A stretch of DNA of 55,715 nucleotides, from the NCBI GenBank assembly GCA_036769805.1, contig DAIPKK010000001.1, positions 1-55,715 on the forward strand, in the 5' to 3' direction. A model generated the notes under the pieces. It was given only the letters and a program-made list of their open reading frames with translations. It had not been told where the DNA came from and searched no databases. This DNA is from Patescibacteria group bacterium. Its GTDB lineage: Bacteria; Patescibacteriota; Patescibacteriia; DYGC01. The translations under genes and the position numbers were made by a program. Of this stretch, positions 1-8,287 are shown in pieces (position 1 is the stretch's first letter; the number at the start of each line of letters is the position of its first letter).

Positions 1-40
1 TGTTGGAGGACGAGGCTGAATCAGTTTAAGCGTTAAATTT

Positions 41-1237
41 ATGAGTAAATTAAGAAACGTTTATTTGGATTTTGCCGCCACCTCGCCGTTGGATGAACGT
101 GCGTTGGATTTGGCTTTGCCGTATTTGCGCGAAGACTTTGGCAATGCCAATTCTTTGCATACTTTTGGCAGACGAGCGCAGAGTGCTTTGGAAGACGGTC
201 GCAAGAAAATCGCCGAGTTTTTGGATTTGGAAAGTTCCAATATTTATTTCACTTCAGGCGCGACCGAAGCCAATAATTGGGTTTTGCATGGTGTCTATAA
301 AATGATGCGCCAAGCGCGGCCCAATCAGGTTTTGCATTTTGTCATTTCCGCTTTTGAGCATCCGTCCATCATGGAAGCGGCTCGTCATTTTTTGGCCAAG
401 CAGCCGCAAGTGGAAATCACTTATGTGCAGCCGACCGCCGAAGGTATTATTGAAGCGAGCGCGGTGGAAGCGGCTTTGCGTGATGAAACAGTTTTGGTGT
501 CAGTGATGTTTGCCAACAATGAAGTGGGCACCATTCAGCCGATTAAAGAAATCGGCGAAGTTGTGGCGCAACGTAAGGCTAAGGGGCAACAAATTTATTT
601 TCACAGTGATGCCAGTCAAGCGGCCTTGTATTTGCCATTGAATATAAAAGATAATCATTTGGATTTCACGACCGTTTCCGGTCATAAATTATATGGTCCG
701 AAAGGCATTGGTGTTTTGGCGGTTAATGGAAAAACCGTGCCGGCCAATTTGATGTTCGGCGGCCACCAGGAACGTGGCAAGCGCCCGGGAACATCCAATG
801 TCTTTGCGAGCGTGGCGATGGGCGAAGCCTGTCGCGTGGCGCGCGCCGAGCGAGAAGCCAATTATAATGCGGCTAAAGAATTGCAAGATCATTTGTTGAA
901 GTTGTTGGAAAATAATTTGAATAATTACCGTGTCCATGGATCTTTGTCCGCTCGTTTGCCCAATAATTTGAATTTGGGAATTGAGGGCGTGGAAGGTGAA
1001 TCTTTGTTGTTTATTTTGGATGACGCGGGAATCGCTGTGTCCACCGGTTCAGCTTGCGCTTCCGGGTCTTTGCATGGCTCGCCGGTTTTGGCGGCCATGG
1101 GAATTCCGCCGGAGAAAACTCACGGGAGTTTGCGTATTTCGTGGGGGCGGGGCGTGAGCAAAGATGATTTGGATTATTTTGTGTCGGTCTTGGCGCCGGC
1201 CGTGGAGAGATTAAGAGTAATTTCGCCGTTGAAATAA
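41..1237 (+). CDS. iscS: cysteine desulfurase, class V aminotransferase (IscS/NifS-like)
   Basis: 398-aa ORF with PLP-lysine motif SGHKLYGPKGIG and active-site cysteine loop STGSACASGS. Confidence 0.85.
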   Translation: MSKLRNVYLDFAATSPLDERALDLALPYLREDFGNANSLHTFGRRAQSALEDGRKKIAEFLDLESSNIYFTSGATEANNWVLHGVYKMMRQARPNQVLHFVISAFEHPSIMEAARHFLAKQPQVEITYVQPTAEGIIEASAVEAALRDETVLVSVMFANNEVGTIQPIKEIGEVVAQRKAKGQQIYFHSDASQAALYLPLNIKDNHLDFTTVSGHKLYGPKGIGVLAVNGKTVPANLMFGGHQERGKRPGTSNVFASVAMGEACRVARAEREANYNAAKELQDHLLKLLENNLNNYRVHGSLSARLPNNLNLGIEGVEGESLLFILDDAGIAVSTGSACASGSLHGSPVLAAMGIPPEKTHGSLRISWGRGVSKDDLDYFVSVLAPAVERLRVISPLK

Positions 1238-1253
1238 ATTGTCTTGTTTTTTT

Positions 1254-1271
1254 GCCGCCTATTAGCTTGTG
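1254..1271 (+). repeat. 18-nt motif GCCGCCTATTAGCTTGTG (identical second copy at 42528-42545)
   Basis: Exact 18/18 repeat. 14/18 identical to the GCCGCCCATTAGCCCGAG end of the element at 30518. Complementary to an arm of the adjacent structured element. Confidence 0.7.
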
Positions 1272-1272
1272 T

Positions 1273-1409
1273 CACCACCTCTTAATTTTTATTTCACCCT
1301 CCTGGTCCGAACGGAAAATTTTGGGTTCGTTTTTCGTTTACACTTAAACTCACCTCAAAATTTTAACCTTCTCGGCCCAATGGGCGATATAAAAATTAAG
1401 AGGATGGTG
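1273..1409. repeat. structured non-coding element, copy 1 (candidate sRNA or MITE-like element)
   Basis: About nine of ten positions identical by eye to 42366-42498. Bounded by the inverted repeat CTCTTAATTTTT/AAAAATTAAGAG, with nested helices inside. No plausible ORF. Strand undetermined. Confidence 0.6.
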
Positions 1410-1448
1410 TAAATTTAGTTTATGTAAAAATAAGAATAAACAGATTGT

Positions 1449-1502
1449 CTTGTTCTAGCCCTTGTTCTATTTTTAAAAATTTGCTACAATACCAATGTAG
1501 CA
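1449..1502 (+). promoter_or_regulatory. lexA promoter with candidate operators
   Basis: -35 TTGTTC (1462-1467), 17-nt spacer, extended -10 TGcTACAAT (1482-1490). Direct repeat CTTGTTCTA x2 gives GTTC-N8-GTTC over the -35. Palindrome TGCTACA-N7-TGTAGCA (1482-1502) lies over the -10. Confidence 0.5.
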
Positions 1503-1548
1503 TTTTTTTGTTAATAAAACTCATCTAAAAAATAATAAACAAAATCGT

Positions 1549-2160
1549 ATGAGCAGAAAATTACATCCCACCCAAGAGGCGATTTTGCGCTTGTTGGAAG
1601 ACAATGTCACTGATCCGTTGACCATTCGGGAGATGCAGGACATTTTAACTTTATCAACGCCGAGCCTGGTTCATCATCATTTGATGCAGTTGGAAAAGAA
1701 AGGTTACTTGCGTCGCAATCCCAATGATCCGCAGGATTATCAGATTTTGGGTGATTCGCCGGAGCGTCAATTCGCGTATATCAATGTTTACGGTTTGGCG
1801 CATTGTGGTCCGAACGGTAGCATTTTGGATGGTAAACCGATCGATCGCATTCCGATTTCCACCAAAATTTTGGGATTTAAAGCGTCTGAGGCATTTTTCG
1901 TAAAAGCCAAAGGGGATTCCATGGTGGAAAAAATTCATGATGGCGATTTTGTCATTGCGCGTCGGCAGAACGTGGCGCGGGATGGTGAGATTGTAGTCTG
2001 TGTGAATAATGGGGAAGCTTTAATCAAACGTTTGCAAAAACATAAAAACCACGTGATTTTGGTTTCAACCAATGCTTCTTATCCGCCGTTTATTGCCAGT
2101 CACGATTTTCGCGTGGAGGGCGTGGTGAAAGGAATTTACGCTTATTTGCAGGGGATTTAA
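1549..2160 (+). CDS. lexA: LexA-type transcriptional repressor (S24 peptidase)
   Basis: N-terminal winged-helix region. C-terminal S24 domain with the catalytic Ser motif GDSM and Lys in ALIKRL. Confidence 0.85.
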   Translation: MSRKLHPTQEAILRLLEDNVTDPLTIREMQDILTLSTPSLVHHHLMQLEKKGYLRRNPNDPQDYQILGDSPERQFAYINVYGLAHCGPNGSILDGKPIDRIPISTKILGFKASEAFFVKAKGDSMVEKIHDGDFVIARRQNVARDGEIVVCVNNGEALIKRLQKHKNHVILVSTNASYPPFIASHDFRVEGVVKGIYAYLQGI

Positions 2161-2204
2161 AAAATTTGTTATAATAAATTTATTATAATAATAAAATCCT
2201 TCCA

Positions 2205-2822
2205 ATGATTCAAGCGATTGTTTTTGATATGAACGGCGTAATCGCCGACGATGAGCGTTTGCATGAAGAGGCCTATCGCCAGGTGATGACTAATCATGGT
2301 TTAACATTGAGTAAAGAGGAATATCAAAATGAATACATGGGCAGTCCCAACCCCGTAAATTTTAAAAAGATTAAGGAAAAATACGGGCTGGCGGAAGACG
2401 TGGAGACTTTGTTGCGCGAGAAAAGCGCCGCTTATTTGGAATTGGCGAAAAAATATTTAAAGCCGGTGGCGGGGGCGGAGCGGGCGATCAGAATTTTTGC
2501 CAAAAAACATCGATTGGCCTTGGTTTCTTCGTCTCCGTTGGAAGAAGTGCAAATGGTTTTGCAACATTTTCAAGTGGGCCAATATTTTTCCGTGATTGTC
2601 AGTGGGGACGATGTGAAAATCGGTAAGCCCGATCCGGAGCCGTATCTATTGGCGGCCAAGCGTTTAAAATTAAAACCGCATCAGTGCATGGCTTTTGAGG
2701 ATTCCAAGCAGGGAATTATTTCCGCCAAGGCTGCCGGTATGAAAGTGGTGGCGTTGAGCACTAATTTGTCGCCGGAAGATTTGAAATTGGCGGATGTGGT
2801 GGTGGGAGATTTTTTGTTTTAG
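2205..2822 (+). CDS. HAD-superfamily hydrolase, subfamily IA (beta-phosphoglucomutase/phosphatase-like)
   Basis: Motif I FDMNGVI, motif III GKPDPEPY, motif IV FEDSKQG. Confidence 0.75.
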   Translation: MIQAIVFDMNGVIADDERLHEEAYRQVMTNHGLTLSKEEYQNEYMGSPNPVNFKKIKEKYGLAEDVETLLREKSAAYLELAKKYLKPVAGAERAIRIFAKKHRLALVSSSPLEEVQMVLQHFQVGQYFSVIVSGDDVKIGKPDPEPYLLAAKRLKLKPHQCMAFEDSKQGIISAKAAGMKVVALSTNLSPEDLKLADVVVGDFLF

Positions 2823-2880
2823 AGTTTTTGTGGTATAATATTGGTGCAATTAAAATTGATTAAAAATAAGAAAAAAAATT

Positions 2881-3420
2881 ATGAGTTTTGAAAATCCATC
2901 GGTAGCTTCCGGTAACCAAATTGTTCCCGAATCCACAGAGGAAGATTTGAAGATATTTGATAAATTAGCAAGTTCGACAGAGGCAAAAGGTGCGGATTAT
3001 GAGTTGATAGTTGGAGGTTTGAAAGCGGCAGTGGAAGAGTGGAAACAAAAACCTGATAGAGAATGGGTTGAAAATAAATTAAAAAATATTAGACGGGAAA
3101 TCTTTGATGATTTAGTTAATAATGATAAATTGGATCCTCAAAAAATTAGGGAATTTTTAGAATTAGAATCTGATTTAATTCCTAAATCATTTGAATATGC
3201 TAAGGCAGTTTGGGATCAAGATAAAAAGCTTAATGCGGATGCAATAATTCATTTGCGATTTTCGGAAAAAAGAAAAGTTAATCGGAAAATGGCGGGGGAA
3301 AAGTTGTTGGAGGAATTGAATGAACAATTAAGAAATCCATTGACGCAAAAAATCCCATTACGAAAAGCTCGTTTGCAAGGTCAAATAGGTAAATTGAAAG
3401 AAGAATTTTCAAGAATATAA
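2881..3420 (+). CDS. hypothetical protein (Lys/Glu-rich, helical, no signal peptide)
   Basis: 179-aa ORF in the operon-like + strand series. No motif recognised. Confidence 0.5.
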   Translation: MSFENPSVASGNQIVPESTEEDLKIFDKLASSTEAKGADYELIVGGLKAAVEEWKQKPDREWVENKLKNIRREIFDDLVNNDKLDPQKIREFLELESDLIPKSFEYAKAVWDQDKKLNADAIIHLRFSEKRKVNRKMAGEKLLEELNEQLRNPLTQKIPLRKARLQGQIGKLKEEFSRI

Positions 3421-3452
3421 GTTTTTCGTAATTTAAAAAGTAAAATAAAAAT

Positions 3453-4091
3453 ATGTCCAGTGATTCCAAAAAAGCTTTGCTTTTGGATCTTATCAAACAC
3501 ACGGTGGACTTGAATCAGTTGGAGAAAAACCAAAAGCCGCTTTTTGTGATTTCCTTTGTTGGTTTGACCGGCGTAGGAAAAAGCACCGTCGCCCACATAT
3601 TGAAGCAGAAAAGCGATTTACCTTTGTTCTCCCATGATGATATTCGCGCTTTTTTGTATGAAAAAGGGCATGATCATGAGGATCGCGAATTGATTGAGTG
3701 GTTATCGTTGGAACGTGCCAGTTATTTATTGAAGGAGGGGGTCAGTTTTATTTTAGATGGCGACGTGGTGACTTATTATAAGACTTTGGAAAAACGTTTG
3801 GAGCAACTGGGTGGACATTTATTGTTGATTAATGTAATTTGTGATTTAAATATTGTGATGGAGCGCTTGAACAAGCGTCAGTTTGGAGAAAAACAATTTG
3901 TCGGTAATGTTAATTTTTCACCGGCTGATTTCAACACCTATTTCAAACGAAGATTTTTGCATACCCAGGGCAATTATCCGGATAAATTTTTCGCATTGGT
4001 GAATAACAGTCATAATTCTGAAGGACAAGTGGAAGAATTATGGTTTAAAATCAAAATGTGGATGAGAAAACAAGAACTGGGCTTACAGTAA
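3453..4091 (+). CDS. P-loop kinase, polynucleotide-kinase-like (AAA_33-type)
   Basis: Walker A GLTGVGKST, followed by SHDDIR and ILDGD in the spacing seen in the T4 Pnk kinase domain (GSGKST...RDDYR...ISDTN). Confidence 0.6.
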   Translation: MSSDSKKALLLDLIKHTVDLNQLEKNQKPLFVISFVGLTGVGKSTVAHILKQKSDLPLFSHDDIRAFLYEKGHDHEDRELIEWLSLERASYLLKEGVSFILDGDVVTYYKTLEKRLEQLGGHLLLINVICDLNIVMERLNKRQFGEKQFVGNVNFSPADFNTYFKRRFLHTQGNYPDKFFALVNNSHNSEGQVEELWFKIKMWMRKQELGLQ

Positions 4092-4100
4092 TAAGCTATT

Positions 4101-5492
4101 ATGACGGCGGAACAAATTTTTAAAATGATCGGTGAATTGGCCGATTCTTTATCAATGGAAGTTTACGTGATCGGCGGTTATGTCCGCGATCGTTTCTTGA
4201 ATAAGGAATCCCATGATATTGATTTCGTGGTTTTGGGTGATGCTCCGGAATTCGCTAAGAAATTGGCTGATTTTTGGAAAGTGGACACCCTGGTTGTTTA
4301 CGAGAATTTTGGCACGGCGATGATTCCTTATCATGGTTATATTTTGGAATTCGTGACGGCGCGCGCCGAGAGTTACCGCGTGGAATCGCGCAATCCGATT
4401 GTTCAAAAAGCGGATTTAAAAACCGACGTGCTGCGCCGGGATTTTACTGTTAATACTTTGGCCTTTGGTTTGAATAAAGATAATTTTGGGCAATTGGTGG
4501 ATTTATTGGATGGTCGGAAAGATTTGGAAGCGAAAATTTTGCGCACGCCATTGGATCCGGTGCAGACTTTTTATGATGATCCGTTGCGCATTATGCGCGT
4601 GATTCGTTTTTCAGCGCAGTTGGGATTTTCCATTGATCCGTCAGTGTATCAGGCGGTGTTTCAAGTGGTGGACCGTTTGGAAATTATTTCGGTGGAGCGT
4701 ATCAGCGAGGAGTTTTTTAAGCTCATGGGGGCGGCGCAGCCATCAATCGGTTTGCATTTATTGAAAGAAACCGGAATTTTAAAAGTGATTTTGCCGGAAT
4801 TGGATCGTTTGGATATTCAGGATTATGAAGAGCATGGTAGTCATCATAAAAATGTTTGGGAACATACTTTGAAAGTGTTGGATAGGGTCGCCGAGCAGAG
4901 CGGGGATTTGGCTTTGCGTTTGGCTGCCTTGTTTCATGATGTTGGTAAGTTCCCGACTCGCGAGTTTCGCGAGGGTAAGGGTTGGACTTTTTATAATCAT
5001 GAATTGGTGGGCAGTAAAATGATTCCCGCGATTTTCAAGCGCATGCGTTGGCCCAAAGATTTGGGACAAAAAGTGAAAAAATTGGTGTATTTGCATATGC
5101 GTCCGATTGCTTTGACCGAAGAGCAGGTCACGGACAGCGCCATTCGTCGGTTGATTGTTAAAGCTGATGAAGATTTGGATGATTTGTTGCTTTTGACGAG
5201 CAGTGATTTGACTTCGGCCAATCCCAAGCGCGTCGCTGAAAAGAAGGAAAAGTTTCAATTCATCTTGCGTCGCTTGCAGGAGGTGCGTGAGAAAGACCAA
5301 TTGCGCGCTTTTCAATCGCCGGTGCGCGGTGATGAAATTATGGCATTGGCTAATTTGCAGCCGGGCAAGCAAGTCGGTTATTACAAGCATTTGATTGAAG
5401 AAGCGATTTTAGAAGGGGTTATTCCCAACGAGTATGAAGCGGCCAAGGAGTACTTAATCAATTTGTTAAAAAATGGTAAGATAGAAGAGTAA
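4101..5492 (+). CDS. cca: CCA-adding tRNA nucleotidyltransferase / poly(A) polymerase family with HD domain
   Basis: Head motif GGYVRDRFLNKESHDIDFVV, RRDFTVN, and C-terminal HD region LFHDVGK. Confidence 0.8.
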   Translation: MTAEQIFKMIGELADSLSMEVYVIGGYVRDRFLNKESHDIDFVVLGDAPEFAKKLADFWKVDTLVVYENFGTAMIPYHGYILEFVTARAESYRVESRNPIVQKADLKTDVLRRDFTVNTLAFGLNKDNFGQLVDLLDGRKDLEAKILRTPLDPVQTFYDDPLRIMRVIRFSAQLGFSIDPSVYQAVFQVVDRLEIISVERISEEFFKLMGAAQPSIGLHLLKETGILKVILPELDRLDIQDYEEHGSHHKNVWEHTLKVLDRVAEQSGDLALRLAALFHDVGKFPTREFREGKGWTFYNHELVGSKMIPAIFKRMRWPKDLGQKVKKLVYLHMRPIALTEEQVTDSAIRRLIVKADEDLDDLLLLTSSDLTSANPKRVAEKKEKFQFILRRLQEVREKDQLRAFQSPVRGDEIMALANLQPGKQVGYYKHLIEEAILEGVIPNEYEAAKEYLINLLKNGKIEE

Positions 5493-5508
5493 AAAATTTT
5501 GAGAAAGT

Positions 5509-6768
5509 ATGGTTAGTATAGAATCACATCGTACCCTGCATGATTTGGAGGGACAGGCGAAAAGAAACAGTGAACGGAAGCATCCGGAAATTTTTGATTC
5601 TAAGAGTTCATCTGCAGTGGAACTCCAAAAGGGTACGCAAGTTTTTGGTACTGATTTGGAGGCGCGGAGTTTGCGATCGACTGATGAAGAAATCACGGAG
5701 AGACTTCCGGAAGATTTTCAAAATTTTAAAAAAGAGCAGGAGTTTGATTTGGCAGAAGCAAAAAGAAATTTGGATCGTACTAAATCACAGATTGATGATT
5801 TTGTGAAAAATATGGAGAGTGATTGGAAAGAGTGGCGTACTAAAGTGAATGAAACTAAAGATTTTGATTATTTTAAAAAAGATTTTGAAACGTTCAGCCA
5901 AAATGTTTTGGTTAATTATAATGAAACGCGCCAAAGGGTGCGTGATAAATGGCAGGAGTTTTATGATTTGTATCAATCTTTAAATAATTTTGAAGAAAAT
6001 GCTGAAACAGAGTTTGGTGTGACCAGTGAAGCGGGTAAGGCGGCCGCTCGTTATAAGATTAATATGTCATATGGCCCATTGTTGGTTGAATATTTACAAA
6101 CCTTTCAAAATTACGATGAGCGTTTGGCTTCTTTGGAAAAACAATGGCAAAATTTGACGAATTTGTTTAATAAAAATGTAATTGAAAAAAGTAAGGCGGA
6201 ATATCGTGATTACAAAAGAATGGAAAAAATCGAGAAAACCGAGAAAAAGGATTCTGAAGATTTTGATTTGGAAATTAGGACCGTGGATGAACATTTTGAT
6301 TTACGTGCGGATAATGCTAAAAAAGTTGAATCGTTGTGGTCAAAATATAAATACACGGAAAATATTTATCAGTTTTTAAAATCGTTTTTGGCAACTAAAA
6401 ATTTTGGTGTTTCCGAGGGAGATTTATATGAGCACACTGATTTGGAATACGCTTTAATCAGTGATTTGGCTTTGGATAAAAACACTAAATTGTCAGGCTG
6501 GAGTACTGGTCAAATGTTGGAATATTATTATTCTCTGCCGGAGAAATATTCGGTGGCGCATTTGATGGCGGCGTTGGCGGCGTTTCAGCGTGGGGCGATA
6601 AAAAAGCGTTACGAAGATAAAAACTTGCCGATTGACGAGGATATTTTAAATCAAGATTCATATTATTTGAAAATTATTAAAGAATTGGCAGATACGCCTG
6701 AGCCTTTGGAGCGGTTAAGTAAAAAATCCGGAGATACGATTCCGCCGACGCAAGTAAATAAGAAATAA
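5509..6768 (+). CDS. hypothetical protein (419 aa, helical, charged)
   Basis: Long ORF with native codon usage. No recognisable domain, TM helix or signal peptide. Confidence 0.5.
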   Translation: MVSIESHRTLHDLEGQAKRNSERKHPEIFDSKSSSAVELQKGTQVFGTDLEARSLRSTDEEITERLPEDFQNFKKEQEFDLAEAKRNLDRTKSQIDDFVKNMESDWKEWRTKVNETKDFDYFKKDFETFSQNVLVNYNETRQRVRDKWQEFYDLYQSLNNFEENAETEFGVTSEAGKAAARYKINMSYGPLLVEYLQTFQNYDERLASLEKQWQNLTNLFNKNVIEKSKAEYRDYKRMEKIEKTEKKDSEDFDLEIRTVDEHFDLRADNAKKVESLWSKYKYTENIYQFLKSFLATKNFGVSEGDLYEHTDLEYALISDLALDKNTKLSGWSTGQMLEYYYSLPEKYSVAHLMAALAAFQRGAIKKRYEDKNLPIDEDILNQDSYYLKIIKELADTPEPLERLSKKSGDTIPPTQVNKK

Positions 6769-6780
6769 AATCAAAATATT

Positions 6781-8208
6781 ATGGCAGTTAATTTTGAAGA
6801 TCAAATTAAGAAACCACCGCCACTTCCACCCGTAATTGATGATATGACTGAAATCGCAGAGTACGAAGAATCTCCGGAGGAAGATTCGTTGGATGTGTTG
6901 ATTAAAAAAACGGAAGCTTTATTGTCGCCTAGGAGTTTGCGTAAGGATGTTGGTGTGGTGGGGCCGGCGGTAGAAAAATCAAAGGCTGAACCAGTGTCGG
7001 AATATCTTGAACCTTTGGAGAAAGGGGATTATGAAATTGTAGATGATTTGCCTGAACCAAACATAGAAACAGTCAAACAATATCAAGAATTGATGCGTAC
7101 CGGTGGTGTAGTGCATGTTGAAAATGAGGTTTCTTCAATTGGGGAAAACATTGAAACGTGGGGGGAAACCGGTTTAGTGCGTGGCATGAGCCATGTGTAT
7201 TCGGTTTACGAGGGATCAAAAGCCAGAGGAAATATGGATAAATGTGAGGATACGGTGGCTTTTAATCGTCAATCGAACATGATAGCTTTGGGTGATGGTA
7301 TGGGGGGCGTCGGTGATGGTGATTTGGCGGCAAAGGCATTTAAAAAAGGCATGGAAAATTTTGATTTGGGGGATTTTTCCGGGAAAACTGAGGAGGAAAT
7401 TAAGGGTTTGGTTTTTGAAAAATTTAAGCAGGTGGTTGATATGGTCAAAGACTCAGGTGGAAAAATTACCTGTTCGTCTGTTAAGTTTTATAAAGATGCC
7501 GAAGGTAAAAATAAGGCAATTATTGTTAATGTTGGTGATAGTGGTATTGTTCGTTTAGGGTCCAATGGTAAATTTGAGGAGCTAGGGGAATCAGATTCGG
7601 CATGGAATATGATTCAAGATAATTTTGGGAGTTTACAAGAGGTGCCAGCTCGTTGGGGGGAAGTTTTAAATAGTATGGGATATAAGGCAAATGAGGATTA
7701 TAAGAAAGATTGTGAACAAAATGGGGATACAGTGGATGCGAGTAAATTGTTGAAGTTGATTGATTCGGAGGAATTTACTGCATATTTAGAGAAAGTCGGC
7801 AATCAAGTTTTTAAAGATAAAACTGATCCCAAATTTGATTTTCATGCGGTGATGAATTTTGTGGTAGCTGATCAAAGTATTGATGATGAAAAACGTAAAA
7901 ATATTTTAAATCTTTTTAAAAATATTAATCGTCAAACGACTAGTCACTTTGCTAGAATAACTCCTGATCATATAAAAATTATTGATGTTAATGAAGGCGA
8001 TCAGTTTATTCTTGGTTCAGATGGTTTGTTTGATAATATGGATAATAATCAGCTGCAAGAAGTTATGGAGTTCTGTGATTTTTCCACTCCGGAAGGGCAG
8101 GCTAAGGCGGCTGAATATATTAAATCTACACATGGTAATGGTGTTAATAAGAAGAAATATCACAAACCCGATGATGTTTCTTACGCGGCAGTGAAGTTTA
8201 ATGGGTAA
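6781..8208 (+). CDS. PP2C-like protein phosphatase domain protein with acidic/Pro-rich N-terminal extension
   Basis: PP2C motifs DKCEDTV, LGDGMGGVG, VNVGDSGIV, ILGSDGLFDNM, KPDDVSYAAV. About 150-aa low-complexity N-terminus. Confidence 0.65.
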   Translation: MAVNFEDQIKKPPPLPPVIDDMTEIAEYEESPEEDSLDVLIKKTEALLSPRSLRKDVGVVGPAVEKSKAEPVSEYLEPLEKGDYEIVDDLPEPNIETVKQYQELMRTGGVVHVENEVSSIGENIETWGETGLVRGMSHVYSVYEGSKARGNMDKCEDTVAFNRQSNMIALGDGMGGVGDGDLAAKAFKKGMENFDLGDFSGKTEEEIKGLVFEKFKQVVDMVKDSGGKITCSSVKFYKDAEGKNKAIIVNVGDSGIVRLGSNGKFEELGESDSAWNMIQDNFGSLQEVPARWGEVLNSMGYKANEDYKKDCEQNGDTVDASKLLKLIDSEEFTAYLEKVGNQVFKDKTDPKFDFHAVMNFVVADQSIDDEKRKNILNLFKNINRQTTSHFARITPDHIKIIDVNEGDQFILGSDGLFDNMDNNQLQEVMEFCDFSTPEGQAKAAEYIKSTHGNGVNKKKYHKPDDVSYAAVKFNG

Positions 8209-8287
8209 GTTTTTGGAAATTAGGGAAAATAAGATTGACAGAATTCTTGTTTTTTGGTTAATTATGACAGAAGGGAGGGTTTTTCAC

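Noticed and set aside
1273-1409. Possible identity of the structured element with a twister or hammerhead ribozyme, or with SRP RNA
   Set aside because: GCCGCC-UA..AGC and GGGCGG superficially recall the twister P1 helix, and GGUCCGAACGG recalls the SRP GGUCCGGAAGG. However, the conserved twister core (CCCAAGC, AAA, AGGG loop), the hammerhead CUGAUGA/GAAA boxes and the SRP domain IV loops are all absent. Three copies also argue against SRP RNA.
2205-2250. HAD motif I reads DMN instead of DxD
   Set aside because: It could mean altered chemistry, but single-residue calls from an unaligned sequence are unreliable. The remaining HAD motifs are intact, so this is not reported as a finding.
4779-5390. 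203-aa antisense ORF inside cca. Similar long antisense ORFs lie at 23772..24356, 25714..26205, 32189..32713, 17329..17703 and 48729..49235.
   Set aside because: Each is fully embedded opposite a gene with clear family motifs. The translations are low-complexity, rich in I/F/N/Q or R/G, and typical of shadow frames.
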